DNA of 64,000 bases from a virus (IMGVR_UViG_3300006155_000234); one strand, 5' to 3'. Positions 20,301 to 29,779 are shown, numbered from the stretch's first letter. The notes: generated by a model not told the origin, from the sequence alone. Numbers and translations: made by a program.

Positions 20301-21075
20301 AAGTGGTATAGATTATAGTGATTTCTTTGATTGGGGAATTGAAATGTGTAAGAAATATGGACAGTATGCAGTTTTAATTAGTAATGGAGAAGGGAATATT
20401 GCTTACTATACACAAGAAGGAAATGTAGATATGGAGTTTAAAGGTGGTATTTCATTTAATAAAAATACAATAGACAAAAATATAGATGACGATGGTGGTG
20501 TTGGTGGATTTACATCATTGAATAAGAAAAACCCAAATAAAAACTTCCAATTACAACAATTAAAGATAGATAAAAATATTATAAATAATCTAGCAAAAGA
20601 AAATGCTAAATGTGATGTATTAAAACTATATGCAGATGAGTTTAAAACATTTACAGAAGAAGATATACAAACTCTTATAAATACTCTTTATAATAGTAAA
20701 TTAGATTTAAGCAAGGATAGTGGAAATGCTGAGTTGGATGACTGTAAGTTATCATATAGTAAAACAAATGATGGTATTCAAATTTCTTTGAGAGAAAGCA
20801 AAGATTTAATTAGATATAAAAATTATTCTCAAAAAGACTATATGTTTAATAAAAGCTATTCTAATAAAATTAAAATAGAGGAGAATGATACAAACTTTGA
20901 TATATTATCTAAATATAAAAATGCCGATTATGGATTTATACAAGATAGAGATTTAGAATTTATTGTAGAAACATTATATGGAAAAGGAACAAAACTTAAT
21001 GAAGGTATAAATGATTATGGTGATTTAAAGTTAGAATATAAGCTTGGTAAGATAATAAGTTTAGAGCAAAAATAA
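17317..21075 (+). CDS. 1252-aa polyvalent protein: Pol-beta-type nucleotidyltransferase, HD-like (DUF5662-like) domain, two SAM-lyase-like domains
   Basis: GSNASYNYNEHSDIDLH..VELY; THIENV..HDEDK..HKTHNPHHWEYW..EMLCDW; ITAFR..DGTYPE..EETF..YDQDSVL; ISAER..DGGWKE..EASFF..YGQYAVL. Confidence 0.72.
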   Translation: MNRLNEALEVHDDLNPVLWDDMELKDDVKSKLLEIANTFIEGLDFPINVADIRFLGSNASYNYNEHSDIDLHIITNFDLIYVDKDILQQLYNASKNSFNNNHDITIKGIPVELYIEDMNSMNATNGSYSLLNDEWIKVPEPINYDIPDYSEDLQEMINEVEEVLLSTDKEEVEELINRIYLGRKDGLAEDGEASIGNLVFKELRNMDLIEKLKNRFNELESVELTLENKLEEDLEDTQENSDLITQKEIEYREYIDTHIENVKKAYDRIVKQYAEDYLTANQIKQLEDNLSKHDEDKNIPSIFDTYRRNHYPINDEEKEAAEEDYDIAWHYHKTHNPHHWEYWLNSAEEFAQDIDEDAMKLAYFEMLCDWLSFGFRKEETSATGESTEFKVWYGEAKKNIKIHPQLQNWFNKIVEDIMSFIDENKDTLYTENKKHLTKVESCSIINEENVDVNNRKVGENEMTEVDKQKELKRMQEWVNTILEGRKLEESSMSKVAEYISHYQVGFITAFRQGNTKSTNQDRNHDLKLDIIQDLNKTKLSYIKVDGTYPETKLDKDGNPIDGEFIQIFEETFAIINDQYDSNDFIKIMSNLCGKYDQDSVLIVFPPTNSQKKIEDNVTAAEYNKDGKQVATYKGFTVSVYDKYKDKNTDIEEYYTKVGNKKLSFTNRQEVSESIDKEPKFDIYTYRLKKQGNLGGMLEAQRKHYFVEALLKEYSKEKLQEMNYTEYKEKEDFTYDFEVEVPLKLTQESDLDTIEDKQGNDIEMDIDYDSLYDSFVDAEEIIKELFNDEDYLKEIFPNVGRGRVYPELVYIEEDSMKLNIGFSDVVDPVEKGNDIHLDEKEIKSQIKDLVESVIDNIGYIDAKQSYEEYSGYTDEDGDPIYDTEYSDESILFRIELNGEIKIQSLVTKVTENKKLEESNLSRIFNHYKNDPFIVISAERTPEKDETEEQAKQKNKKNTLSLKNDIRSAGFGYIPVDGGWKEDGIVSTEASFFIPKPSGIDYSDFFDWGIEMCKKYGQYAVLISNGEGNIAYYTQEGNVDMEFKGGISFNKNTIDKNIDDDGGVGGFTSLNKKNPNKNFQLQQLKIDKNIINNLAKENAKCDVLKLYADEFKTFTEEDIQTLINTLYNSKLDLSKDSGNAELDDCKLSYSKTNDGIQISLRESKDLIRYKNYSQKDYMFNKSYSNKIKIEENDTNFDILSKYKNADYGFIQDRDLEFIVETLYGKGTKLNEGINDYGDLKLEYKLGKIISLEQK
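18622..18650 (+). promoter_or_regulatory. Consensus sigma70 promoter inside the 1252-aa CDS, with an internal RBS and in-frame ATG at 18700
   Basis: TTGACA-17 bp-TATAAT, then AAAGGTAGGTG 8 nt before an in-frame ATG. Confidence 0.7.
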
Positions 21076-21101
21076 AAGAGAAGATTAAATCTTCTCTTTT
21101 A
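21076..21101. terminator. Bidirectional intrinsic terminator between convergent genes
   Basis: aaagagaaga-ttaaa-tcttctcttt. Confidence 0.75.
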
Positions 21102-21102
21102 T

Positions 21103-21510
21103 TTATCCTACTAATTTAATTTTAACATTTCCTTTTACAACTTTTTCTGTTAAATATTTTTTATATGTTTCTTCTGAATTATCTTCAATAAATCTTTCTT
21201 TGTCAAATTCTTTCTTTGTGTATGGTCTTGTTAAGACTGCGTCTACACATTTACCATTAAGTTCATCTATATCTTGATAATTCATTCCTTCATATAATAC
21301 TTTTTTACCACTATCAATTATTTCATTATTTAGGTCTATTTTGTTCATTAATTCTGCATATTCAATAAGTGCTTCATTATTAGGATTACTTTCTAATATT
21401 TGTTTTAACATATCTCTTATTTGAATATTCTCATAACTTGCATTATCTACCTTTTCAAATTCTTTTGATACATCTACCTTTGATGCATCTATTTCTACTT
21501 TCTTTGCCAT
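21103..21510 (-). CDS. Hypothetical early protein
   Basis: AAGGAGG RBS; class A promoter at 21568. Confidence 0.75.
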   Translation of the reverse strand: MAKKVEIDASKVDVSKEFEKVDNASYENIQIRDMLKQILESNPNNEALIEYAELMNKIDLNNEIIDSGKKVLYEGMNYQDIDELNGKCVDAVLTRPYTKKEFDKERFIEDNSEETYKKYLTEKVVKGNVKIKLVG

Positions 21511-21587
21511 AATTAGCAACCTCCTTATTATTTAATTTATAATTATAATACTATAAGTTTTAAAATATGTCAAGTATTTTTAGAAAT

Positions 21588-22016
21588 TTATTTTAAGTTT
21601 TCTAACCAACTTTTTGCATATTTTTTACCTATACTCTTACCCATTACATAAGCATAAGGTAAGAGTATATTGTGTCTATAATTTAAAACATCTTGTGAGC
21701 ATTTAACACTACTAATTATATCTGTATTACAAGGATGATATATTGATAATGTTCCAAAATTCATTATTTTATATTCAAATTCTGTATTATTTAAAATTGG
21801 GTTTAATATATTTTCTAGTTCCTTTTTAAGTGCTTTGAATTGTTCATTATCATTTAATTTATTAACATCTGCAATTCTTTTATATTCACTTAAATTATAA
21901 TTTACTTTAAATTCTAATAAAGCAATTTCATTTAATATAAATATTATTGCATCCTTTTGTTTTTCGATTTCATTTAGTTTTTCTTTTTCATTTTCATCCA
22001 ATTTTATAAATTCCAT
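21588..22016 (-). CDS. Hypothetical early protein
   Basis: AAGGAG RBS; class A promoter at 22085. Confidence 0.75.
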   Translation of the reverse strand: MEFIKLDENEKEKLNEIEKQKDAIIFILNEIALLEFKVNYNLSEYKRIADVNKLNDNEQFKALKKELENILNPILNNTEFEYKIMNFGTLSIYHPCNTDIISSVKCSQDVLNYRHNILLPYAYVMGKSIGKKYAKSWLENLK

Positions 22017-22180
22017 AATAAATATCTCCTTTAAAAACTATTATTTACTTACTATGCCTATATTATACTATAAGTTTTAAAATATGTCAAGTATTTTTTA
22101 AAATTTTATAAACCTTATTTATTATTATGTCTTTGTAAAATATTAATGAGGAGATTGTTATCCAGAAAGGAGATTTAAGT

Positions 22181-22366
22181 ATGTTTGTATATCTAAATGA
22201 TGGCAGAAAAGTAAATATGATGTGGGTTATGTCATATTACCAAGATAAAAATATAGTTATCTATGATATGATAAAAGGTCAGACATTAAAGATAGAGGAA
22301 GTTTTTAAAACAGAAGACGAAGCAAAAGCAAGAGTAGTTGAACTGGATGGTAACTATGTAATTTAA
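22181..22366 (+). CDS. Small late protein, paralogous to the N-terminus of 32365..33411
   Basis: MFVYLNDGRKVNMMWV vs MFIKLKDGRKLNLYWL. Confidence 0.75.
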   Translation: MFVYLNDGRKVNMMWVMSYYQDKNIVIYDMIKGQTLKIEEVFKTEDEAKARVVELDGNYVI

Positions 22367-22379
22367 GGAGGAAATAGAT

Positions 22380-22883
22380 ATGTCAATAAAATATAAAAAA
22401 GTAAATCCATCTGAATTTATAGATATTGGTGATATACTTATGGTTTCTCCTAAAAATCAGAGGGTAACAAAAGCTATTAGAGATAGACATGGAATAAATG
22501 AAAGACTTGTTGTAGGTGTTGTTACTAAATCTGATAATACTACTCCTATGCCTATATTAGTTGATGGTGGTTTATCAAAATCTACTGAAAGAGTTACTAT
22601 ACATGGTGGTAATAGTAAAATAAGTATAATACCATTAATAGGAGGAAGCTCTGAATCTAACCCTAGAGAATTTGTTGAAATTGAAACAAATGGAATTGAA
22701 ACTGTTGGAATTGACGATAAAAGAGTAGCGATAGGAGATAAGCTGACTATAAGTAGATTTACAGCAGGAAAAGCAGAAAGAAGAAAAATATCTAATACAA
22801 ATCCATCAGGTGGAAGAAGTATAGGAAAAGTAATAAATAAAATAGACAAAGAGCATGTAAATGTTCTTTTGAATATAGAGTAA
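22380..22883 (+). CDS. Tail-fibre-associated beta-rich protein (paralog of 31173..31541)
   Basis: IGD..VVGV..GD.L..S..AGKA..RSIGKVI..LLNI shared with 31173. Confidence 0.65.
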   Translation: MSIKYKKVNPSEFIDIGDILMVSPKNQRVTKAIRDRHGINERLVVGVVTKSDNTTPMPILVDGGLSKSTERVTIHGGNSKISIIPLIGGSSESNPREFVEIETNGIETVGIDDKRVAIGDKLTISRFTAGKAERRKISNTNPSGGRSIGKVINKIDKEHVNVLLNIE

Positions 22884-22900
22884 AGGAGGAATTATATAAG

Positions 22901-24148
22901 ATGGCAACAAGTGAAAATATAGATGCAAGATTGCAGAGAGTAGAATCTTCTGTTTCAAGTTTAAACTCTAATTTAAACAAGTCAAAAACAGATATATCAA
23001 AAAATAAAACAAACATAGAACAAAATAAAACAGATATAGATACTTTAAAATCAGATGTTTCTAAAAATGCAAATGATATATCTATAATGAAAGTTGACCA
23101 AACAAATACAAATGCTGATGTTAGACTACTAAAAACTAATGTATCTAATATAAATGAAGATATAGTTGATTTAGCAAATCACGTTGACTATGTAGATGAA
23201 AAACATGATAATCTTGAAAAGAAGCATACAGAAGAAATCACAGTTGTAAATGATGAAATTGTTAATATCTATAAAGGAATTACAAAAATTGAAGATACAG
23301 TAAATGAAATAAAAAATAATGGTGTGCCAAACAGACCACCATACCCAAATTGGGGTTGTGGATGTATGCCACCACAACCACCAGAAGAACCTGAGGAACC
23401 TGTATTACCTGAAAATGCTACAATACTAGATAAATTAGTTGCAGATTATTTAAAAGAACAGATAGGTAATGTATTATGTACTATAATACCAAGACATGAT
23501 ATTTCTTCAAATTGGACATTAAATGACCCAGTTTTGACAATGGGAGAATATGGTGTTGAAGATGATACTCATAGAATTAAAAGAGGTGATGGTACTTCTA
23601 AATGGTCAGAACTACCTTATGAAACATTTGGTATTGAGAGTATAGTTGCTGATAAAGCATCTGATATTAGATACGATAATTCAGAAAGTGGATTACAAAA
23701 GTTTAATGTACAAGATGTATTAGATTTCTTAATTAAAACAGATGAAGAATTTGCTAAAAAATTTGATAAGAAAGAAGATATATCAAATCGTAAAGATGAT
23801 TTATCTAATACAGATAATGTAAATAGTAATTCATATCCTACAACAAAAGCAGTTGTAGATTATGTAAGAGATGTTGTAAATGATTTACCAAGTGTTGACC
23901 CAGATGACCCAAATCATACAGGAAATTGCTTACCAGAAGTTGAGGATACAACAAAAGATTATACATTACAAAATATTCAAGGTGAAACTAAATGGGTTGA
24001 AAATGCAAGTGGTTCTATACAGGATATCGCTGCATTACAACAAAAGATAGATGACCAACAAATAGAAATAAATACATTAAAATCAGACCTACAAGCATTA
24101 CAAAACAGGTTTGATAGTTTAATAGATTTGAATGAGGAGGAATTTTAG
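22901..24148 (+). CDS. Tail fibre protein (coiled coil plus Mtd-N/hyaluronidase-N-like domain)
   Basis: Heptad repeats; WTLNDPVLTMGEYGVEDDTHRIKRGDGTSKWSELPY. Confidence 0.75.
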   Translation: MATSENIDARLQRVESSVSSLNSNLNKSKTDISKNKTNIEQNKTDIDTLKSDVSKNANDISIMKVDQTNTNADVRLLKTNVSNINEDIVDLANHVDYVDEKHDNLEKKHTEEITVVNDEIVNIYKGITKIEDTVNEIKNNGVPNRPPYPNWGCGCMPPQPPEEPEEPVLPENATILDKLVADYLKEQIGNVLCTIIPRHDISSNWTLNDPVLTMGEYGVEDDTHRIKRGDGTSKWSELPYETFGIESIVADKASDIRYDNSESGLQKFNVQDVLDFLIKTDEEFAKKFDKKEDISNRKDDLSNTDNVNSNSYPTTKAVVDYVRDVVNDLPSVDPDDPNHTGNCLPEVEDTTKDYTLQNIQGETKWVENASGSIQDIAALQQKIDDQQIEINTLKSDLQALQNRFDSLIDLNEEEF

Positions 24149-24150
24149 AG

Positions 24151-25605
24151 ATGGCTAATGGATTATTAGAAAAGAAAAATTTGGAAGATATCGCAGCTGC
24201 GATTCGTGTAAAAAATGGAAAAACAGAAGTAAAGTACAAGCCAAGTCAAATGGCAGATGCTATTATGGAAATAAAAACAGGTGGTAGTATAATTGTTTCA
24301 AATGAGGTAAGTGAGGTACACATAGTAGACGGTAAAACTACAATAAATGTACCCAAGACTGAAAAAGAACCAGAGGTAGGAGATTATATTGTAGCACAAA
24401 CTAGGAATGGTAACGATTATGATGCTGCAGTATTTAGGATAGATGCTGTTGATAAAGATACAGATGCTGATAATTATATATGTTCAGTAACAGTAAGTGA
24501 TACACTTGATGTTATTGGTGTAGATTCAAGTGATGCAACAGCATTAGCAACAGATATTATGAAAGGTAAAACTGCTTATGTAAATAATGAAAAAGTAACT
24601 GGTACTTTAGAAGCTTTAGTAGGAAAAGATTTAAAAGTTAAGTCTGTAACTAAAGGGATTGGAGATGCTGGTCCTGGTGGTTCTACTGTTACTTATAGCG
24701 ACATTAATGTAACTTTTACAAATGATTTAACAGCATCTCAAGTAATTAATTCTACAACAAGAACAATAGAAACATCTATTGATTACAGTGATATAGCAAC
24801 AGCAATAGACTTAAAAGCAGGAGACATTGTTACAGGAAAAACAGTATTAGGTATTGCAGGTGCTGGTGGTGCTGCAGGTGGTATTGATACAACTGATGCA
24901 AATGCAACAGCAGATAATATTGAAAGCGGAAAAACAGCTTATGTAAATGGAGCTAAAATAACTGGTACTCTTTCTTTATTAAGTGGAAAAGTTGCTTCTG
25001 ATAATGCAAGTGCTGTAATAAATGATGCTAAAGATGGATTAACAGTTGAATTAGGAAAAACAACTAAATCAATACTAGCAGCAAATTCAGCATTAAAATC
25101 AGATATATCATTTACAGATATAAATACTGCTTTAACAGCAGGAGGTATTGGTGTAAATGCAACTGATATTGCTCAAGGTAAAACTATTTTAGGTGTTGCA
25201 GGTACATTTACAAGTGATGCTAATGCTGTAGCTGCAAATATGGTAAAAGATAAAACAGCTTATGTAAATGGTGTTAAAGTTACAGGTACAATGAAAGAAG
25301 TAACAGGAACAACTGGTAAACTTATAAATAAAACAACAACTGAAACTGACAAATTAGTATTTACACCAGAAAATAATGGTTATGTTGAAACTTCATCTGA
25401 ATTACACATTTTAAATACAGATTTAGTAACAACTTTAGGATTAACAGCAAATAAAATAGCAAAAGGAACAACTATTTTAGGTGTTGAAGGAACATTTGAA
25501 GCAACAACAGAAAAAGAAGATAAAATTACAGAATTAACAAATAAAGTTGCTGAATTACAAGCAATTATAGACGGATACGAAGACTTAAATGAGGTACAAT
25601 TCTAG
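24151..25605 (+). CDS. Tail fibre protein with SDATA..GKTAYVNG.KVTGT repeats
   Basis: Three repeats of the motif plus GKTILGV repeats. Confidence 0.75.
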   Translation: MANGLLEKKNLEDIAAAIRVKNGKTEVKYKPSQMADAIMEIKTGGSIIVSNEVSEVHIVDGKTTINVPKTEKEPEVGDYIVAQTRNGNDYDAAVFRIDAVDKDTDADNYICSVTVSDTLDVIGVDSSDATALATDIMKGKTAYVNNEKVTGTLEALVGKDLKVKSVTKGIGDAGPGGSTVTYSDINVTFTNDLTASQVINSTTRTIETSIDYSDIATAIDLKAGDIVTGKTVLGIAGAGGAAGGIDTTDANATADNIESGKTAYVNGAKITGTLSLLSGKVASDNASAVINDAKDGLTVELGKTTKSILAANSALKSDISFTDINTALTAGGIGVNATDIAQGKTILGVAGTFTSDANAVAANMVKDKTAYVNGVKVTGTMKEVTGTTGKLINKTTTETDKLVFTPENNGYVETSSELHILNTDLVTTLGLTANKIAKGTTILGVEGTFEATTEKEDKITELTNKVAELQAIIDGYEDLNEVQF

Positions 25606-25626
25606 TAAAGAAGGAGTTAATAGATT

Positions 25627-26166
25627 ATGGCAAATGGAATAGTAGAAAAGGCATCATTGCAACAAGTTGCAGATGCTATTCGTATTAAAAACGAATTAAC
25701 AACTAAATATAAACCAGCAGAAATGCCTCAAGCCATAAAAGATATAGCATTAGGGGTTGATACCTCTGATGCTACTGCTGGTGAACATAATATGTCAAAA
25801 GGAAAAACTGCTTATGCTAAAGGTGAAAAGATAACAGGTACATTAGAAGATACAGTAGCTGAATACCCTACAACTAAACCATCTGAAACGACTTATACAA
25901 AAAATATAGTAAATGTTGATTTAAGTGATTATTCTAATAATATTAAAATGACCTATGTACCAGATGAGACCATAGGAAAAGATGGGGTAATATTAAGACC
26001 TAATATTACTTTAAAACAACCACATACAACAGTAACAGGATTGGAAAATTTAAGAGCAGAAAATGTCAAGAAAGGTGTTAGTATTGCTGGTATATCAGGA
26101 ACTTATGACGTTGACTTGACGGAAATAAAAACTTTGACAGGTAATATATTAGGAGAGGAGGCATAA
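25627..26166 (+). CDS. Tail fibre protein (short paralog of 24151)
   Basis: MANG..ADAIR.KN..KYKP; SDATA..GKTAY. Confidence 0.72.
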   Translation: MANGIVEKASLQQVADAIRIKNELTTKYKPAEMPQAIKDIALGVDTSDATAGEHNMSKGKTAYAKGEKITGTLEDTVAEYPTTKPSETTYTKNIVNVDLSDYSNNIKMTYVPDETIGKDGVILRPNITLKQPHTTVTGLENLRAENVKKGVSIAGISGTYDVDLTEIKTLTGNILGEEA

Positions 26167-26170
26167 TAAA

Positions 26171-27862
26171 TTGGAAGAAATTGAAAATATAAAGAATGAA
26201 CTAAATGAAATAAAAACAGCAAGAGATAGTATTAAAACTGCATTAGAAAACGAAGGTGAAACAGTTACAAATGATATTAGAACTTATGCAGATACAATAC
26301 CTAATGTAAATAAAGTAAAAACAGTAAATAGTGTAGAAGCAGATGAAAATAAAAATGTTCAATTAGATGCTTCTAAAATCAATGTAGATGATACAGCAGA
26401 AACTAAACAAACTGTAAAAGAAGTATCTGATAAAATAATAGATACAGATAAGGCAACAATATCATTTTATGTGAATGATACAGCAGATAATATTAATATA
26501 AGTTTATTTGGAAAAACAGTTAGTAATAATAATTATAATATTGATACAAATAATCCTAAAAATGGTGGTGCTAATTCATTTCTAAGAAATTACGATAAAT
26601 CTATTATGTTTCGAAAAATAAATAATTCTAATGGTAGAATAGATTTATCAGTAGCATCTGAAAATGTAATATTTGACCCTCAAGAAAGTGGTATAACAAG
26701 TACAAAAATTGCACCAGCAATTAGAGAATTAAAGGGTAAGATAGATGCAATATCAGTACCAGATTATTCTGTTATAGAAACAACAGTAACAGAAGGATAT
26801 TCAAAAACATATTCATTAACCAAAGACGGAGTAGAAGTAGGAGTTAAGATAAATATTCCAAAAGATTTAGTTGTCAATAAGGGTAATGTAAAAGTAGTAG
26901 CAACAGCAGGTACACCTTATGAGGGAGCAGTAGTGGGAGATAAATATTTAGATATTGAACTAAATGACCCAACACAAGACCATATCTATATACCAGTTAA
27001 AGAATTAGTTGATGTATATACTGCTGGTGATGGTATTGAAATAAGTGCAGATAATGTAATCAAATCAAAGAATAGTAATCTTATAAATGGTAGTGCAGAA
27101 GGAAGTATAAGAAGTAAAAATTCTGCACCTGAAACAAGTACTTATGAATTAGGAACCACAGCTACTGCATTAGGAAATTCTACAAAGGCAAGCGGACCTA
27201 ATTCCTTATCTGAGGGTAGTTTTTCGGAATCTAGCGGTCCTAGCTCACACGCTGAAGGTAGCTGGACAAAATCAAATGGTTCTAGTTCACATGCTGAAGG
27301 GACAAATACTATAGCATCTTGTAACAATTCGCATGTTCAGGGTAGATATAATGTTGAAGATACTAATGAAAAATATGCCCATATAGTTGGTAATGGTGAC
27401 GAGAGTAATAGAAGTAATGCACATACTATTGCTTGGGATGGAACAGGTTGGTTTCAAGGAAATGTAAAAGTAGGTGGAACAGGACAAGACGATACGAATG
27501 CTAAGAACTTAGCAACAGAAGAATATGTAGATGATAAATATAATGCTTTATCTGTTATTGAAATAGTAAGTGCAGATAAAGAACCAGGATATACTTTTTC
27601 ATTTGGAAAATTATGTGATAGTGTAATGGTATTCTTAAATGGTGAAAAACTAATAGCTCAAAAATCTAGTTCGCAAACAATAGAAGAATATTCTTATATA
27701 GAAAATAAAACAGATAACAAGATTACTTCTATTACATTTACAAATGATTTTACTATTACAACAGGAGATAGAATAGAAGCAATTTTAATAAATCCTTCTG
27801 AAATATCAACTGCAAGTGAAATATCAACTTCAGGTGAAATTTCTAATGGTGGTGAGGAATAA
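26171..27862 (+). CDS. Tail fibre/adhesin with YadA-head-like SHAEG repeats
   Basis: SLSEG, SHAEG, SHAEG, SHVQG; AHIVGNG..RSNAHT. Confidence 0.78.
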   Translation: MEEIENIKNELNEIKTARDSIKTALENEGETVTNDIRTYADTIPNVNKVKTVNSVEADENKNVQLDASKINVDDTAETKQTVKEVSDKIIDTDKATISFYVNDTADNINISLFGKTVSNNNYNIDTNNPKNGGANSFLRNYDKSIMFRKINNSNGRIDLSVASENVIFDPQESGITSTKIAPAIRELKGKIDAISVPDYSVIETTVTEGYSKTYSLTKDGVEVGVKINIPKDLVVNKGNVKVVATAGTPYEGAVVGDKYLDIELNDPTQDHIYIPVKELVDVYTAGDGIEISADNVIKSKNSNLINGSAEGSIRSKNSAPETSTYELGTTATALGNSTKASGPNSLSEGSFSESSGPSSHAEGSWTKSNGSSSHAEGTNTIASCNNSHVQGRYNVEDTNEKYAHIVGNGDESNRSNAHTIAWDGTGWFQGNVKVGGTGQDDTNAKNLATEEYVDDKYNALSVIEIVSADKEPGYTFSFGKLCDSVMVFLNGEKLIAQKSSSQTIEEYSYIENKTDNKITSITFTNDFTITTGDRIEAILINPSEISTASEISTSGEISNGGEE

Positions 27863-28751
27863 TGATACCATACCATAAAAAAAGCATTTAGAAGATTTTT
27901 ATACAGATAAATTTATGGAACATACATTATTATTTGAAGGTACAGTAAATGTACCTTCAAGACAATCTGGTCAAATAGCAACAGTAGAACTTCTAGATGA
28001 TATATCAAATTATGATTATTTACTTGTTGAAAGAACTTATAGTGAAGTTTGTCAAATGCAACCAATAAGAAAAAGAGATGATGGTTTAGATACTTGTAGA
28101 TTTTATTTTACAACAGTATCTGATTGGGGTGTTGAAAATGTTAATATGTACTCTTTATGGATTCAAAGAGGAGGTACAAATAAGATAGCTATATTATTTA
28201 ATACATCAACTGTAATTCAAACAGATGGAAATATTAATATAGATTTAAACTATACATTACAACCCATAACTAAGGTAGTAGGAGTTAAACTTACAGAAAG
28301 AACATATACAGAAAGAGTATTAAAACAAACTATGTTAGACTTTGCATACCCTATTGGAACATATTATGAAACTTCAAATGCAGATTTTGACCCAAATATC
28401 GAATTAGGGGGTACTTGGGTAGAAGATACTAAAGGTTTAACAACAGTAGGTGCTTATAAAGCAACAGAAGCTGACCCAGGTTCAAGTAGAACATATTTAC
28501 ACTCAGGAAGTATTTACGGAGAAAGTAATCATATTTTATCAATAGATGAATTGCCTAGACATAGATTTGGTGTTGGAAGTAGAGCTAGTGGAGAACAAAA
28601 TGCTATAGCAGCTTCAGGAAATATGATAGGTAGAGAATTTTTAGGTTCATCAATTTATAATAGTTATTACACGGAATTTTTGGGTAGTGACCAAGCTCAT
28701 AATAACGTGCAACCATCAATAGGTGTAATTAGATGGCACAGAATTGCATAG
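27862..28751 (+). CDS. gp10-C-like short tail-fibre/baseplate protein; probable true start MIPYHKK at 27862 needs one extra A in an A7 run (otherwise ATG 27915)
   Basis: YPIGTYYETS..FDPN..LGGTW..AHNNVQP..WHRIA; N-terminal MIP motif shared with three neighbours. Confidence 0.68.
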
Positions 28752-28762
28752 GGAGGTATATT

Positions 28763-29296
28763 ATGATACCAAATTGTAAGAAAATTATAAATGATAGTTT
28801 GAAAAAAGAATTATTAGACGTATTCTATCCAATAGGTTCATATTATGAATCATCTGACCCTGATTTCAATCCAAATAGTAGTTGGGGAGGGGTCTGGGTA
28901 GAGGACAGTAAAGGCAGAACTACAATAGGTGCTGGGGAATGTGATGATGAAGAAGCAAGAATATATACATTAGGGCAAAAGATAGGCTCATCAACACAAT
29001 GGCTTACAAGCACAAATCAAATACCAGAACATGACCACTATATAAATATACAAGCAGATAAAGGATATCATAAACATGGGATAGCCACAAATAATGGTCA
29101 ACAAAATTTAGATTGGGGTTATTTATTTAAGTATGAAGGTACTGCTGCTTATAATTCTGGTTCAATATCAGATACAAGTGGTGCTCATACTCACCAAGTA
29201 ACTGGATATACTGATAAAACTGGTGCAAAAGACACAGTTGGGTTTAGTATAATACAATCTAGTATTGTAGTCAAAAGATGGCATAGAATATCTTAG
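28763..29296 (+). CDS. gp10-C-like protein (MIPNCK family)
   Basis: GGGAGG RBS; YPIGSYYES..FNPN..WGGVW..WHRIS. Confidence 0.75.
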   Translation: MIPNCKKIINDSLKKELLDVFYPIGSYYESSDPDFNPNSSWGGVWVEDSKGRTTIGAGECDDEEARIYTLGQKIGSSTQWLTSTNQIPEHDHYINIQADKGYHKHGIATNNGQQNLDWGYLFKYEGTAAYNSGSISDTSGAHTHQVTGYTDKTGAKDTVGFSIIQSSIVVKRWHRIS

Positions 29297-29308
29297 GAGG
29301 AATGTATA

Positions 29309-29760
29309 ATGATACCTAATTGCAAAAAGAAAGAAGATAATTTTTTAAATAAATATTATCCTATTGGAAGTATCTATATGAATATAAATCCTGTAGACCC
29401 AAATAAAATTTGGGGGGGGTATGGGAAAGGATTGAAGATGTCTTTCTAATAGGATGTAGTGAAACATATAATGCAGGTATTATAGGTGGTACAGAAACAC
29501 ATAGCCATCACTATAAAGTTGCAAGTATAGTAACTAAGATGACGGCTGTAGATGCAAGAGCAGTTGACTATAATACAGATACTGTGAAGGGCAGAACAGT
29601 TTTAAAACAAAATCAAGCATTTAATACAAATAGTAACTTAGGAGATGGTTCTGCATGGAATTATGGTGATGCAACATTTTATATTTCAGATGGTAAAACT
29701 GGAACTACTTCAAATATGCCACCACATTTACCTGTTTATATATGGAAAAGAATAAAATAA
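29309..29760 (+). pseudogene. gp10-C-like protein interrupted at a G8 tract (29412-29419); G9 restores a 150-aa ORF
   Basis: AGGAGG RBS, MIPNCKKK..YPIGSIYM..DPNKIW, then the -1 frame GGVWERIEDVFL..NMPPHLPVYIWKRI. Confidence 0.75.
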
Positions 29761-29779
29761 ATAGTGAAGGAGGTATTCA

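Noticed and set aside
27800-27847. 18-bp tandem repeat encoding EISTAS-EISTSG-EISN
   Set aside because: Short low-complexity C-terminal tail with no evidence of function.
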